DNA of 37,938 nucleotides, taken from sequence record SRR22947725_6578; one strand, written 5' to 3'. Shown in pieces: positions 1-8,805 of this stretch (the stretch's first letter is position 1; the number at the start of each line of letters is the position of its first letter). Below the pieces are notes generated by a model. That model had not been told where the DNA came from and did not search any database. It saw only the letters and a program-made list of their open reading frames with translations. The position numbers were made by a program, and so were the translations under genes.

Positions 1-645
1 GGTAAAACATTGGACGACATGGCGAAGCTGAACGACGAGATCCGCCGATTATTTGATGAAACCGGGCTAGCCCTATCATTGATGCGCCTGACCCCAATGT
101 ACAGTCATGGCATGCCGGGAGAACCCGCAGCAAGCTATATTGACGTTACGATGGGCACCATCGAAGCATTTGGAACCGGATGGGACAATTGGCTTGCGTC
201 GAAAGATGCACTCAAACTCATGGCGGCATCAGACAAAATCGCCACCTGTACTTTCAAATTCGCTCGAGCAATCAATCGAGTCGCCCAAATTGAGGCCCTC
301 GACTCAACCGATGATCGGTTAATCTCTATGAACTGGTGCTCAAAGCGAGATAACGTCTCTTGGGATCAGCTCAAAACCAAGCATGATGCCTGGCAAGCAG
401 CCTACGAAAATGACAGCAGCAGCATGGCCTGGAACGTTGTATTACCGCGACTTGGGGCTGGCAACGCGCACGGACGCTTCATGCACATGGTTTCTTACGC
501 GAACGCACAACAACTGATGGCGAATGAGAACTGGGTCGCGAACGGCGGTGGTGCTCGTGCCCTTGGGGACTACTATTCTGCCTATGCGGCGTGTGATGGT
601 GAATCGGTATGGAGCGCTTCCTATCTCTACAAAAACGAACGCTAG
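1..645 (+). CDS. Hypothetical protein, 5'-truncated by the window edge; possibly tandem NIPSNAP-like/dimeric alpha-beta barrel domains
   Basis: Frame is open from base 1 (GKTLDDMAKLN...) to TAG at 643-645. It has two loosely similar halves, each ending in an A-x-C motif (IATC, YAAC). The fold assignment is a weak inference. Confidence 0.7.
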   Translation, partial: GKTLDDMAKLNDEIRRLFDETGLALSLMRLTPMYSHGMPGEPAASYIDVTMGTIEAFGTGWDNWLASKDALKLMAASDKIATCTFKFARAINRVAQIEALDSTDDRLISMNWCSKRDNVSWDQLKTKHDAWQAAYENDSSSMAWNVVLPRLGAGNAHGRFMHMVSYANAQQLMANENWVANGGGARALGDYYSAYAACDGESVWSASYLYKNER

Positions 646-660
646 TCCTGAAAAATGATC

Positions 661-695
661 GACCGGGAGGCGCCGAGCAGCTTGGCCCTCCCGTC
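661..695. terminator. GC-rich hairpin just downstream of the first CDS; possible terminator or stabilising stem
   Basis: GAC-C-GGGAGG-C-GCCGAG-CAG-CTTGGC-CCTCCC-GTC pairs almost fully. No U-tract follows on +; GATCATTTTTC follows on -. Confidence 0.4.
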
Positions 696-967
696 AACTC
701 GATACTGGCGAGAATTTGATCCTCAATACTGAGCAACCTTAAAACCCTGTCTTTAAGATCACAATCTAAAACCGATTCTACTCGCGCGCCCATCTGCTTT
801 ATTGATTCCTGTAGGCGCTTCATCGTCACTCAATGCAACCTTTACCGCCATTGTGCCGGAGATTCTAAGATCATTTTTCGGTAAGCCTGCTCGCCTCATC
901 AGAACGGTTTTCGCCTAAGGCTCAGGAATAACAATTTATTAATCAGTATTTTATAGAGTATTTATAA

Positions 968-993
968 TATTCATTATTCATTATTCATTATTC
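968..993. repeat. Heptamer tandem repeat (TATTCAT) x3.7 in an AT-rich patch
   Basis: TATTCAT-TATTCAT-TATTCAT-TATTC read directly from the sequence. Confidence 0.9.
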
Positions 994-1304
994 GTTTTTA
1001 GGCTCCCAATAAATCCTGCCGTACGCCTCAAAATGTTAACCCTCAATCCGTCGAAATTACCGTCCCTGAAGCGGCGCCGTCCTTTGAGGAACATCATTTT
1101 TTCTGATCGGAACGGATCTTGACGTGTTGTCAGCGGATACAAATGCCCTGCCGATTCATCAAAAGGAGGCAGATAGTCTGTGGTCCTTGAATTGAATTCA
1201 CCATCTTACGATTCAAGATCGCGCCCTGACCGCGGCCAAATGCGTTCAGCCGATCCTTACGAGTATCGAGCGTCGAGCCCGAAGACCACGCCAGGTAATT
1301 CTTT

Positions 1305-2687
1305 TTAGGACGACCGAGCGCTATTCCTACCGGCACGCCGACGAATCTCTGCGGCGACCAGCCATAATCGATCTTGGCCCCAGACTGCTAGATCGGGCTC
1401 GCCATCAGAGCCCGTTAATCGATAACTTGGCACCCCCCATAACCCCATACCTTCTACCATTTCGGTTTGGTGCTGATCGACAAGCGGTTTCCAGTCGTCA
1501 CTATCTAGATGCTTTTGGGCCGCCTGCCAGTCTAGGCCAGCAGCTTCTACCCCAAGCCGCAGATTTTTCTCACGATGCAGGGCTTTGCCTTCTGAAAAGG
1601 CAAGCCTAAGCAGCGCGCTCATCAGCGCAACATCCTGATTCAAGGATTTCGCCCAAGGAAGCAAAGCATAAGCACGCCGCGTTGGCGTCCCGATTGGTGT
1701 GACATGATGTCCAAAGGGCACGCCAAAGTAATCGGCTTCGCGCTTCGTATCGAAAAAGATATAACGCCCCTTGGCCGGCGTTGCCGCCACGCCGCGCATA
1801 ATCATCGGCAGCACGGGTTTATGATGAAACGCAACGCCGCAAGCCTTGGCCAGAGCCACCGTCCGATCAAAAATGATTGCGGTATACGGGCTATTCAGCG
1901 AGGGATAAAAATGCAGATTCAAGTGGGCGGCGTCAACGCCCGTAAGATCAATCTCCGGGCGCGGCACCAAATAAGGCTCATTGGGTTCATGGCAAGCCCC
2001 TAAGTCGCGAAGGCGCTGCTCAAGATGGAATAACCGGTCAACCCCCCAATACCATTCGCCGCCATAATAAAGACTCGCGCCGGAATAATGCCTCAGTTCT
2101 AACAAGCGCGCAGAGCCCTGATCTAATGCAGCAGTCGCCGCCGCATCGGTCGCGAGATCCCCATCCAGCATCGCCTCGAAACCTTCAGAACCAGACCAAA
2201 GGGCCTGACTAATGCATTTGATCTTTGTGATAAAAGCCAGTGAATCGCAGTTTACGAGCGCCTGGGTTGCCGTTTGCAGCGCCTCAAGGTCGGGCGTTAC
2301 ACCAACAGCATCTGGAAACGTTAAACCATAATGCGGCGCAACCAACGCCGCATCTCGGCGGGCCCAGGCGGCAAGCTTTTTAGCCTCAGGCTGATGTTTG
2401 CCGCCCGTTGCCCGGATCAATCTCGGTACAACCTCAACATCATAACGCTCAGCAAATTGCGCAAGGACCTGCGCCATTAAATGGGAATAGGGATCATCCA
2501 GTTGATGAAAATATTCAACCGTATGCGGTTGCTTCTGAGCAACCCGCTGGGCCTCAAACTGGCGACGTTTTTTATTAATGTGGTCTGTACTGGCAACCCG
2601 GCCCATGACTTTTGACATCAACCATCTGAGGATTGGCGGAGGGTCTACCATCCATTTTGAGTTTGGGTTCTGAACAGGTTCCAGCAT
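1305..2687 (-). CDS. DsbA family / 2-hydroxychromene-2-carboxylate isomerase (GST-kappa-like) protein with two tandem domains
   Basis: 460 aa. Domain 1 has YFHQLDDPYSHL...WYWGVDRL. Domain 2 has FYPSLNSPYT...LWGVPSY...VWGQDRL. The SPY, GVP and WGxDR motifs are typical of the HCCA isomerase/GST-kappa family. Confidence 0.85.
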   Translation of the reverse strand: MLEPVQNPNSKWMVDPPPILRWLMSKVMGRVASTDHINKKRRQFEAQRVAQKQPHTVEYFHQLDDPYSHLMAQVLAQFAERYDVEVVPRLIRATGGKHQPEAKKLAAWARRDAALVAPHYGLTFPDAVGVTPDLEALQTATQALVNCDSLAFITKIKCISQALWSGSEGFEAMLDGDLATDAAATAALDQGSARLLELRHYSGASLYYGGEWYWGVDRLFHLEQRLRDLGACHEPNEPYLVPRPEIDLTGVDAAHLNLHFYPSLNSPYTAIIFDRTVALAKACGVAFHHKPVLPMIMRGVAATPAKGRYIFFDTKREADYFGVPFGHHVTPIGTPTRRAYALLPWAKSLNQDVALMSALLRLAFSEGKALHREKNLRLGVEAAGLDWQAAQKHLDSDDWKPLVDQHQTEMVEGMGLWGVPSYRLTGSDGEPDLAVWGQDRLWLVAAEIRRRAGRNSARSS

Positions 2688-2789
2688 GCCGACAAGTCCT
2701 TAGATAATACCTTTGATGACAATCACTCAGGGTCGCCCTAGACCCTTTCCCCAGTTCAGTGCAAGGCCCGCTTTTAGCGTCATTCGCAC

Positions 2790-4562
2790 TCAGCGCTTGC
2801 GCTTCATTCTCAGGTAGACCCCAAACGGGAGCAGAACCAGCAGCGTTAGCAAACCCAGCAAAACAGCGGGACCAAGACGATCTCGCAGCAAGTTCACAAG
2901 GAGCTGCGTGCTTCTGGTATAGCCCGCGGGTAATGGCTGAACCTGATTTTCAACTTCGAACACCTCGTAAGCTGCGAGCATTGCCTGCAGCCGGCCAGGG
3001 TCTTGGCTCGAAAGGTCCAAGGTCTCCCCTGGGTCCTGCACAATGTTAAATAGTCGCCATTGCCCGTCACCGAGCGGCGGCAGGTTGCGCACCAGTTTAA
3101 AATCGCCTCTGAACAGTGCCCCTTGTCCGGTCAACTCATAGCCAATGGCATCGTTTTCGCCGTAGACGCGATCAACCGTTCCCATTACCAAGGGCGTTAG
3201 GTCGCGTCCGGTCATTGGCAGCACGGGACGGCCGCCATAACGCGCCTCAGGCGACGCAACGTTCGCCAACGCTAAAATGGTTGCCGCAATATCGGTTGCC
3301 CAAGCAAACGCATCCGTTTGCTTGGGGATATTACCCAGCGGCTGACCCGAGACAATCAAGGGCACGCGCAAGCCGCCTTCACCGGTATAGAACTTATAAA
3401 AAGCCAGCGGACTGGCCACAGCGCTGGTAAATCCTGGCCCAATGGAGCTGAAGCTGCCCTTTAAACCGAGGGTTTCATAATCTGTCGAGTAGCCCATGTT
3501 GGCCGTCATCAAACTGTTTGATCCCGATAAGGGATCAACCGGACCTGACCCCTCCGCGCCATTATCAGAGGTAAAAACGAAAATCGTATTATCGAGCGCC
3601 CCTTGCGCCTGCAAATACGTCATTAATCGGCCAATGTTGTCATCCATCGCTTCGATCATGCCGGCATAAACGGCCATGCGCTTGGATTCATATTGTTTAC
3701 GCGCATCCGACAAAGCGTCCCAATCCCCCGTCGTATCCATTCGCGCCATGGGCACTTTGCCCGGTAACAGACCGACCTCGACCGCGCGCGTCAACCGATC
3801 CTCCCGCAGCGCATCCCAGCCCGCATCGTAAACGCCTAGGTACCGGTCGATGTATTCCTGGGGCGCCTGCACCGGCAGATGCACCGCCTGAAACGGGACA
3901 TAAGCAAAAAAGGGTTTGCCGTCTGCTAGGTTACTGTCGATGAACTCAATGGTTTTATCGATCAGAAAGCGGGATGAATAAAAATCCTCCGGGAGGTCAA
4001 AGCGCTCGCCATCGGCAAACCAGTTTGCGGCATCATAGATCGGCAGGTACGGTCTTTGTTCCCAATTATCGGCGCCCGAGTCCATGAGTGCGACCGTCCG
4101 CTCAAAACCGCGGCGGCTAGGCAGTTTATTAGGCTCGGAACCCAGATGCCATTTGCCGGCCATATAGGTGTGATAGCCAGCGCCCTCTAACAGCGTTGCA
4201 ATCGTTACAACGTTGTCCCCTAACACGCCTTGATAGTTCTCAACCAATTTCTGCTCGGCGGATAGCATCTCGGGAATGTTCGGTACCCCAGCAAGGTGGT
4301 TGCTGACACCCGTTAGCAACATCGCGCGCGCTGGCGCGCAATTGGCTGCCGTGTGGTAATTGCTGAACCGAATACCGGTGTCGGCAAGCGCTTGGAGGGT
4401 CGGCGTATTGACCTCACTCCCATAAGGGGCAATGTCTGTATAGCCTAGATCATCCGCTAGCAGAAAAACGATATTGGGTCGACGCGGGACCTCCGCCGCC
4501 ACGAGCACATTAATCGATGAGACGATGACCAGCGCTAAAAGAATGCGCGCGTAACACATCAT
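2790..4562 (-). CDS. Arylsulfatase (Cys-type formylglycine sulfatase) with signal peptide and C-terminal transmembrane helix
   Basis: Motifs PNIVFLLADDLG, CAPARAMLLTG (CxPxR), GKWHLG, SDNG and DPGET. Start placed at ATG 4562, which overlaps the upstream stop (ATGA). Hydrophobic tail LGPAVLLGLLTLLVLLPFGVYL is followed by RMKRKR. Confidence 0.93.
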   Translation of the reverse strand: MMCYARILLALVIVSSINVLVAAEVPRRPNIVFLLADDLGYTDIAPYGSEVNTPTLQALADTGIRFSNYHTAANCAPARAMLLTGVSNHLAGVPNIPEMLSAEQKLVENYQGVLGDNVVTIATLLEGAGYHTYMAGKWHLGSEPNKLPSRRGFERTVALMDSGADNWEQRPYLPIYDAANWFADGERFDLPEDFYSSRFLIDKTIEFIDSNLADGKPFFAYVPFQAVHLPVQAPQEYIDRYLGVYDAGWDALREDRLTRAVEVGLLPGKVPMARMDTTGDWDALSDARKQYESKRMAVYAGMIEAMDDNIGRLMTYLQAQGALDNTIFVFTSDNGAEGSGPVDPLSGSNSLMTANMGYSTDYETLGLKGSFSSIGPGFTSAVASPLAFYKFYTGEGGLRVPLIVSGQPLGNIPKQTDAFAWATDIAATILALANVASPEARYGGRPVLPMTGRDLTPLVMGTVDRVYGENDAIGYELTGQGALFRGDFKLVRNLPPLGDGQWRLFNIVQDPGETLDLSSQDPGRLQAMLAAYEVFEVENQVQPLPAGYTRSTQLLVNLLRDRLGPAVLLGLLTLLVLLPFGVYLRMKRKR

Positions 4563-4954
4563 CTGTTGTCTCGATCCGGCAGCCATCGCGAGGCCGTTAA
4601 CAACACCAGCGCGATCACAATCTCAAACCCGATGACCTGAACCGGCAACGCCGCGCCATGGAGCACCCATGCGATCAGTCGGCCGCTGGCCGCGATCAAG
4701 AGCAGCATAACCCCCGGGTAATACCAAGCGCGCTGACCCGTTACCAGCGCAATGAGCGTGCTGATTCCCAAGACCAGAAAGAACGCGGCCAGATCACCAA
4801 CCTGCGTACTCAGGCCCAATCCCGTTTCGAGGCTAAGCCCCAAGCTCGGCGCAATGCCGGCAGGGTCCAGCAACCAACGCAACCCCATAACAATAAACAG
4901 CACGGCCGGCACGCCAACCATCCCTGTCAGAATTCCTCGACCCAAACGCCTCAT
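4559..4954 (-). CDS. Small four-helix membrane protein (DUF4345-like)
   Basis: Four hydrophobic segments with GLRWLLDP, GDLAAFF and GRLIAW motifs. GGAG RBS precedes ATG 4954 (ORF track starts at 4975). Stop overlaps the sulfatase start. Confidence 0.75.
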   Translation of the reverse strand: MRRLGRGILTGMVGVPAVLFIVMGLRWLLDPAGIAPSLGLSLETGLGLSTQVGDLAAFFLVLGISTLIALVTGQRAWYYPGVMLLLIAASGRLIAWVLHGAALPVQVIGFEIVIALVLLTASRWLPDRDNR

Positions 4955-5121
4955 AGCCCACTCCGTTGTGCTCATAAAAATGCCATCGCCTGCGCAGCTG
5001 CCCGACCCGCGGTCTGGCCCAGGCCGGTAACTCGCCCCTTTCCATCCTCAACGACGGTCTGGTTAACGAACACATTCCCAATCGCTTTTACAGGATCGCC
5101 TCTTGCTGAATCTTAAATGAC

Positions 5122-5201
5122 AAAGCCTTTAGCTGCTATGTAAAGCCTTTAGCTGCTATGTAAAGCCGTTAGCCGCTATGTAAAGCCTTTAGCCGCTATG
5201 T
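5122..5201. repeat. 20-bp tandem repeat x4, AAAGCC(T/G)TTAGC(T/C)GCTATGT
   Basis: Four contiguous units starting at 5122, 5142, 5162 and 5182, differing by at most 2 substitutions, with no spacers. Confidence 0.95.
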
Positions 5202-5328
5202 GATGTGCGAGCCTTTACCGGCCACAGCTTGCCTGAGCCCGCACCAAAGTCAAAAAAGGACCTCAGGGTGTTTTTAGTCACCAAACCCAGGGCGCACCCT
5301 GGATGCCTAGGAGGCTATTGCGCTGAAC

Positions 5329-6555
5329 TCAGGCCACTTGCCCGGCACAAAAACCTGAAGCCCAGGCCCACTGAAAGTTAAATCCCCCAAGGTGACCGCT
5401 GACATCGACAACCTCGCCAACAAAGAATAAACCCGGCTGCCCGCGCGCCTCAAGCGTTTTGCTGCTAAGGGCATCGGTTGAGACCCCGCCTAAGGTGACC
5501 TCGGCGGTGCGGTAGCCCTCGGTTGCCGCCGGCTTAATCTGCCACGCATTTAAATCTCGGCCCACCTGACCCAGCTGCTGGTCTCTTAATTCAGCGCATT
5601 TCACATTCAAAAACTGAGCGTAATACAGCCCGATAAACTGCTCCGCAAAGGACTTCGGTAAGACTTCAGACAAGGCCGTTACCACGGTTTGGTTCGGTTT
5701 TTGATGTTTTCTGGTCACCAGCCATTCCGCCAAATCGCGCTCCGGACAGACGTCAAGCGTCAAGGCCTCTCCCGGAGACCAATAGCTGGAAATTTGAAGC
5801 ATCACCGGGCCGCTCAGCCCCCGATGGGTGAACAAGAGGTCCTCAACAAAACCCTGTGATCCGCACCGCACAGCGACCGGGATTGAAACCCCCGCCAGCG
5901 CAACACAAAAATCTTTAAGATCACCGGTGAACATAAACGGCACCAGTCCAGCTCGTCTTGGCACTAGGTTGATGCCAAACTGCTCGGCCAGTTGGTAGCC
6001 TTGGTCACTGCCGCCCAAAGTTGGGATCGACAACGCGCCAGTCGCCACCACAACGGATTGGCAATGCACCTCGATAGGCTGGTCTTGGTGGGTATACCGT
6101 AGGCTGAACCGGTCCGCATCTGCTGCGTTTTGGGCTTTGGCCGAAAGTTGGCTGACGTCGCAATGGGTTTGAAATTGCACGCCCAGAGACAAACATTCCG
6201 CTTCTAGCATGGCCAATATCTCTTTCGCGGAATGGACACAAAACAACTGCCCATGCTTGCGCTCTTCAAATTCCACTCCGTAGGATTCCACTAGGCTGAT
6301 GAAGCTATGCGGCGGATAACGACCCAAAGCGCTTTTCACGAAATGCGCGTTATCCGACAAAAAGTGTTCCGCCTCTACATGAAGGTTGGTGAAATTACAC
6401 CGCCCGCCCCCTGACATCAGAATTTTTTTGCCGAGCTTGTTGCTGCGTTCAAGCACCCGCACTTGTCGACCTTGCCCTGCTGCGGTTAACGCGCACATCA
6501 GGCCCGCCGCGCCGCCACCGAGGACCACGACTTCTGTGGTTTCTTTAATTGTCAC
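5329..6555 (-). CDS. HI0933/YhiN/BaiN family NAD(P)/FAD-dependent oxidoreductase
   Basis: Motifs GGGAAGL, GKKILMSGGGRCNFTN, ATG, LFTHRGLSGP, AEVTLGGV and GGFNFQWAWASG. Start GTG 6555 follows an AAGGAG RBS. Confidence 0.93.
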   Translation of the reverse strand: MTIKETTEVVVLGGGAAGLMCALTAAGQGRQVRVLERSNKLGKKILMSGGGRCNFTNLHVEAEHFLSDNAHFVKSALGRYPPHSFISLVESYGVEFEERKHGQLFCVHSAKEILAMLEAECLSLGVQFQTHCDVSQLSAKAQNAADADRFSLRYTHQDQPIEVHCQSVVVATGALSIPTLGGSDQGYQLAEQFGINLVPRRAGLVPFMFTGDLKDFCVALAGVSIPVAVRCGSQGFVEDLLFTHRGLSGPVMLQISSYWSPGEALTLDVCPERDLAEWLVTRKHQKPNQTVVTALSEVLPKSFAEQFIGLYYAQFLNVKCAELRDQQLGQVGRDLNAWQIKPAATEGYRTAEVTLGGVSTDALSSKTLEARGQPGLFFVGEVVDVSGHLGGFNFQWAWASGFCAGQVA

Positions 6556-6879
6556 ACGCCTACTCCTTCGCACCTTTGTCCACAGCCCCGTAACGGGACC
6601 TGCGTGCAAGGGGATTTTCTCGCCGCTATTTTAACTCAGCTTTGGATCCGATGCCCTGCGGGTTTTAGATCGCTTCGTTTTGTTCTCCCCAAACCCTCAA
6701 AGTTGCGAGCGCTTGCGCCATAGACTCTGTCGAATCACCTAGGTCTTGTTATCCAACCCGAAGGTAAGGCAATCCTTGCCCGTCAAAATTGTTTGGAGAC
6801 CCATCAAAACAGCGACTTCAGGTCAGGTTTTTAACGCGGATCTAGCTCGCCAAGTTTTCATCGATCAAGACGCTGAACG

Positions 6880-8043
6880 ATGACCCAATCAATCGCTTTC
6901 AGCTTTTTTCAGGCTGCTGCATTGATTAGACTATGGGTCATGATAAGACAGATGACAATGCGACTTGCACAAGCCTGCCAAGGCTTTCTTATTTCGGACA
7001 TCCAACCGGCCAAAATCTTGGCTTATTGCGCAGCGTCACTCCTTTTACTGTCAACCCTTGCACTCGCCGAAGAACCAGCCAACTTTGATCAATATGACCC
7101 GGACGTCGCCGCCCTGCTGGATGAGTATCACGCGGAATCAGACAAAGCAGGCAGTCTCCTGCCATCTGTTTGGGCCTACCAAGGGCAAAGCAAGGCGGAA
7201 ACCCTCATCGACTTTGAACGTGGCCTCATCAACATAACCGCCGCAGACCCGAGCGAGATCAAACAAGCGGCGGTTGAGATATTGTTAACCCAGATTGATC
7301 CATCGGTAATCGATGCCAGTACCGCCAGCGATTTAGGCCTGATTAACCCTAAAACGCAGAAACCCTTTCTGTTCAAGCAAGTCATTGATCAGGACGGCGC
7401 GCCAATTGCCTCGGCCTGGCGAGCTGAGCGCTATGTTGATTACTTGATGACGCGTCGATCGAACACACGGGCAAGCCAGTTGACCATCCCAATGATTGGG
7501 CAACACAAGGTCGTTGCTGGCGCTAAATATGTGAACTTTGCCAAGGCAGCAGGCGCCAAACATATGATTCCGGTGGCCTTAATCATGGCCATTATGGAGA
7601 CCGAGAGCTCTTTCAACCCGCTCGCGCGTTCGCGCTCTAATGCATTGGGCCTCATGCAAATCAAAGCAGACACCGCTGGGCGAGATTATTTTTCGATTAT
7701 CAGCGGCTACCAGCACACGCCAACCTCCGCGTACCTGTACAACCCAGAGAACAATGTTGAGATGGGCGCAGGGTACCTGAGCATCCTGGCAGATCGGTAT
7801 CTTGCAGGCATTTACCATCCCCAAAAACTGGAATACGCGATCATCTCAAGCTACAACGGCGGCGCAGGCAATCTCTTTAAAAGCTTGGTGCCAACAGGCG
7901 GCAAGCGCGCCGCAATTGACAGAATCAATGCAATGACCGTTGAAGAATTTTACTGGTTCCTAACCAATCGTCATATTCGTTTAGAATCAAGGAATTACGT
8001 TAAAAAAGTAACCAGCAGAATGAAGAAATATACCAACCTTTAA
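6880..8043 (+). CDS. mltC: MltC-like lytic murein transglycosylase (N-terminal DUF3393-like region plus SLT domain); start uncertain (6880-6958)
   Basis: SLT motifs AIMETESSFNP, ALGLMQI, LYNPENN and SYNGGAG. N-terminal IDFERGLI and QVIDQDGAPI...WRAERYVDYL segments resemble MltC. Confidence 0.85.
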   Translation: MTQSIAFSFFQAAALIRLWVMIRQMTMRLAQACQGFLISDIQPAKILAYCAASLLLLSTLALAEEPANFDQYDPDVAALLDEYHAESDKAGSLLPSVWAYQGQSKAETLIDFERGLINITAADPSEIKQAAVEILLTQIDPSVIDASTASDLGLINPKTQKPFLFKQVIDQDGAPIASAWRAERYVDYLMTRRSNTRASQLTIPMIGQHKVVAGAKYVNFAKAAGAKHMIPVALIMAIMETESSFNPLARSRSNALGLMQIKADTAGRDYFSIISGYQHTPTSAYLYNPENNVEMGAGYLSILADRYLAGIYHPQKLEYAIISSYNGGAGNLFKSLVPTGGKRAAIDRINAMTVEEFYWFLTNRHIRLESRNYVKKVTSRMKKYTNL

Positions 8044-8154
8044 GACGGCTAAGGCTGCGCTCGCATCGCTGGCCGCTCTCTACCGCGGGCAAATGGTCGA
8101 ACGACAGACTCAAGGCCTACCGAACCGACGATTTGATTAAAAACCACCCAATCG

Positions 8155-8805
8155 TTACAAACTCAATGATTTTGCGAGCGCCAAAACCTCCGAGGCGTCC
8201 ACTCTTTGCGCATAAGACGCCAAAAATAGCTTGCCTTGAATGGTCATAGACGCATCCAAAATAAAGATTCCGGGGTACGGGATGCCGTAGTGATCATCCC
8301 CCGGCGCATAGTCCACGTTCAAAATTCTCAGGGCCTTGACACTTTGCGCCGCCACGTCCGAGAGCATCGGATACGCAATCCCATTGGCCTCAATAAACGC
8401 AGCTTGCAATACCGGCGAATCATAGGTCAGCGCGATGATCGAAAACCCAGCGCGTTCAAAATCAGTCCGCATCTGCTGCAGCTGCACGAGCTGCTTTTGG
8501 CAATAGGGTCACCAGTCGACAGAACGAACCGCGATGAAGATCATCCCCTTGTCGCCCACCAACCGACTGACATCCGTGACCGGCATTGCGTTTAAGCGCG
8601 CTGATAAAGCAGGAAAGCGCGCGCCGACCGGCAAGCCCGGATCAAACGCATCACCATCCTTTGCAACAAACATATCGGAAGTCAGCTGCTGCTTCACAGC
8701 GCGCGCTAGGTTCTCGCCACCAACCCAAAGAAGCCCTGCGACCACGGTGGTCAAACCCAGACCAATTAAGGCAAGACGCTTAAAGCCCGATCCCTGCGCA
8801 CTCAT
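8155..8805 (-). CDS. Peroxiredoxin-like AhpC/TSA (redoxin) family selenoprotein with UxxC motif; Sec at codon 99 (TGA 8509-8511)
   Basis: ORFs 8509-8805 and 8155-8487 share one frame, separated only by TGA: ...FIAVRSVDW-U-PYCQKQLVQLQ... The TGA occupies the first Cys position of a thioredoxin-fold CxxC. Downstream IIALTYD, YPMLSD and PYPGIFILD are AhpC/TSA-like. The N-terminus has a hydrophobic anchor. 216 aa in total. Confidence 0.88.
8467..8508 (-). promoter_or_regulatory. Putative bacterial SECIS element
   Basis: mRNA after the UGA reads CCCUAUUGCCAAAA-GCAGCU-CGUGC-AGCUGC-AGCAGAUGCGG. A perfect 6-bp stem (8494-8478) starts 15 nt after the UGA and has a GU-containing loop. A lower UUGC/GCAG stem is possible. 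Confidence 0.65.

Noticed and set aside
479-829. 116-aa minus-strand ORF
   Set aside because: It overlaps the first CDS by 167 bp, runs through the hairpin, has a low-complexity tail and shows no recognisable motif or RBS. A shorter peptide here cannot be excluded.
5122-5201. Possible CRISPR array
   Set aside because: The units are contiguous with no unique spacers, only 20 bp long, and there are no cas genes in the window.
8155-8805. Two separate small genes, or a nonsense pseudogene
   Set aside because: The stop is TGA at the catalytic Cys position, followed by a SECIS-like stem, and there are no other lesions. Selenocysteine recoding is more parsimonious.
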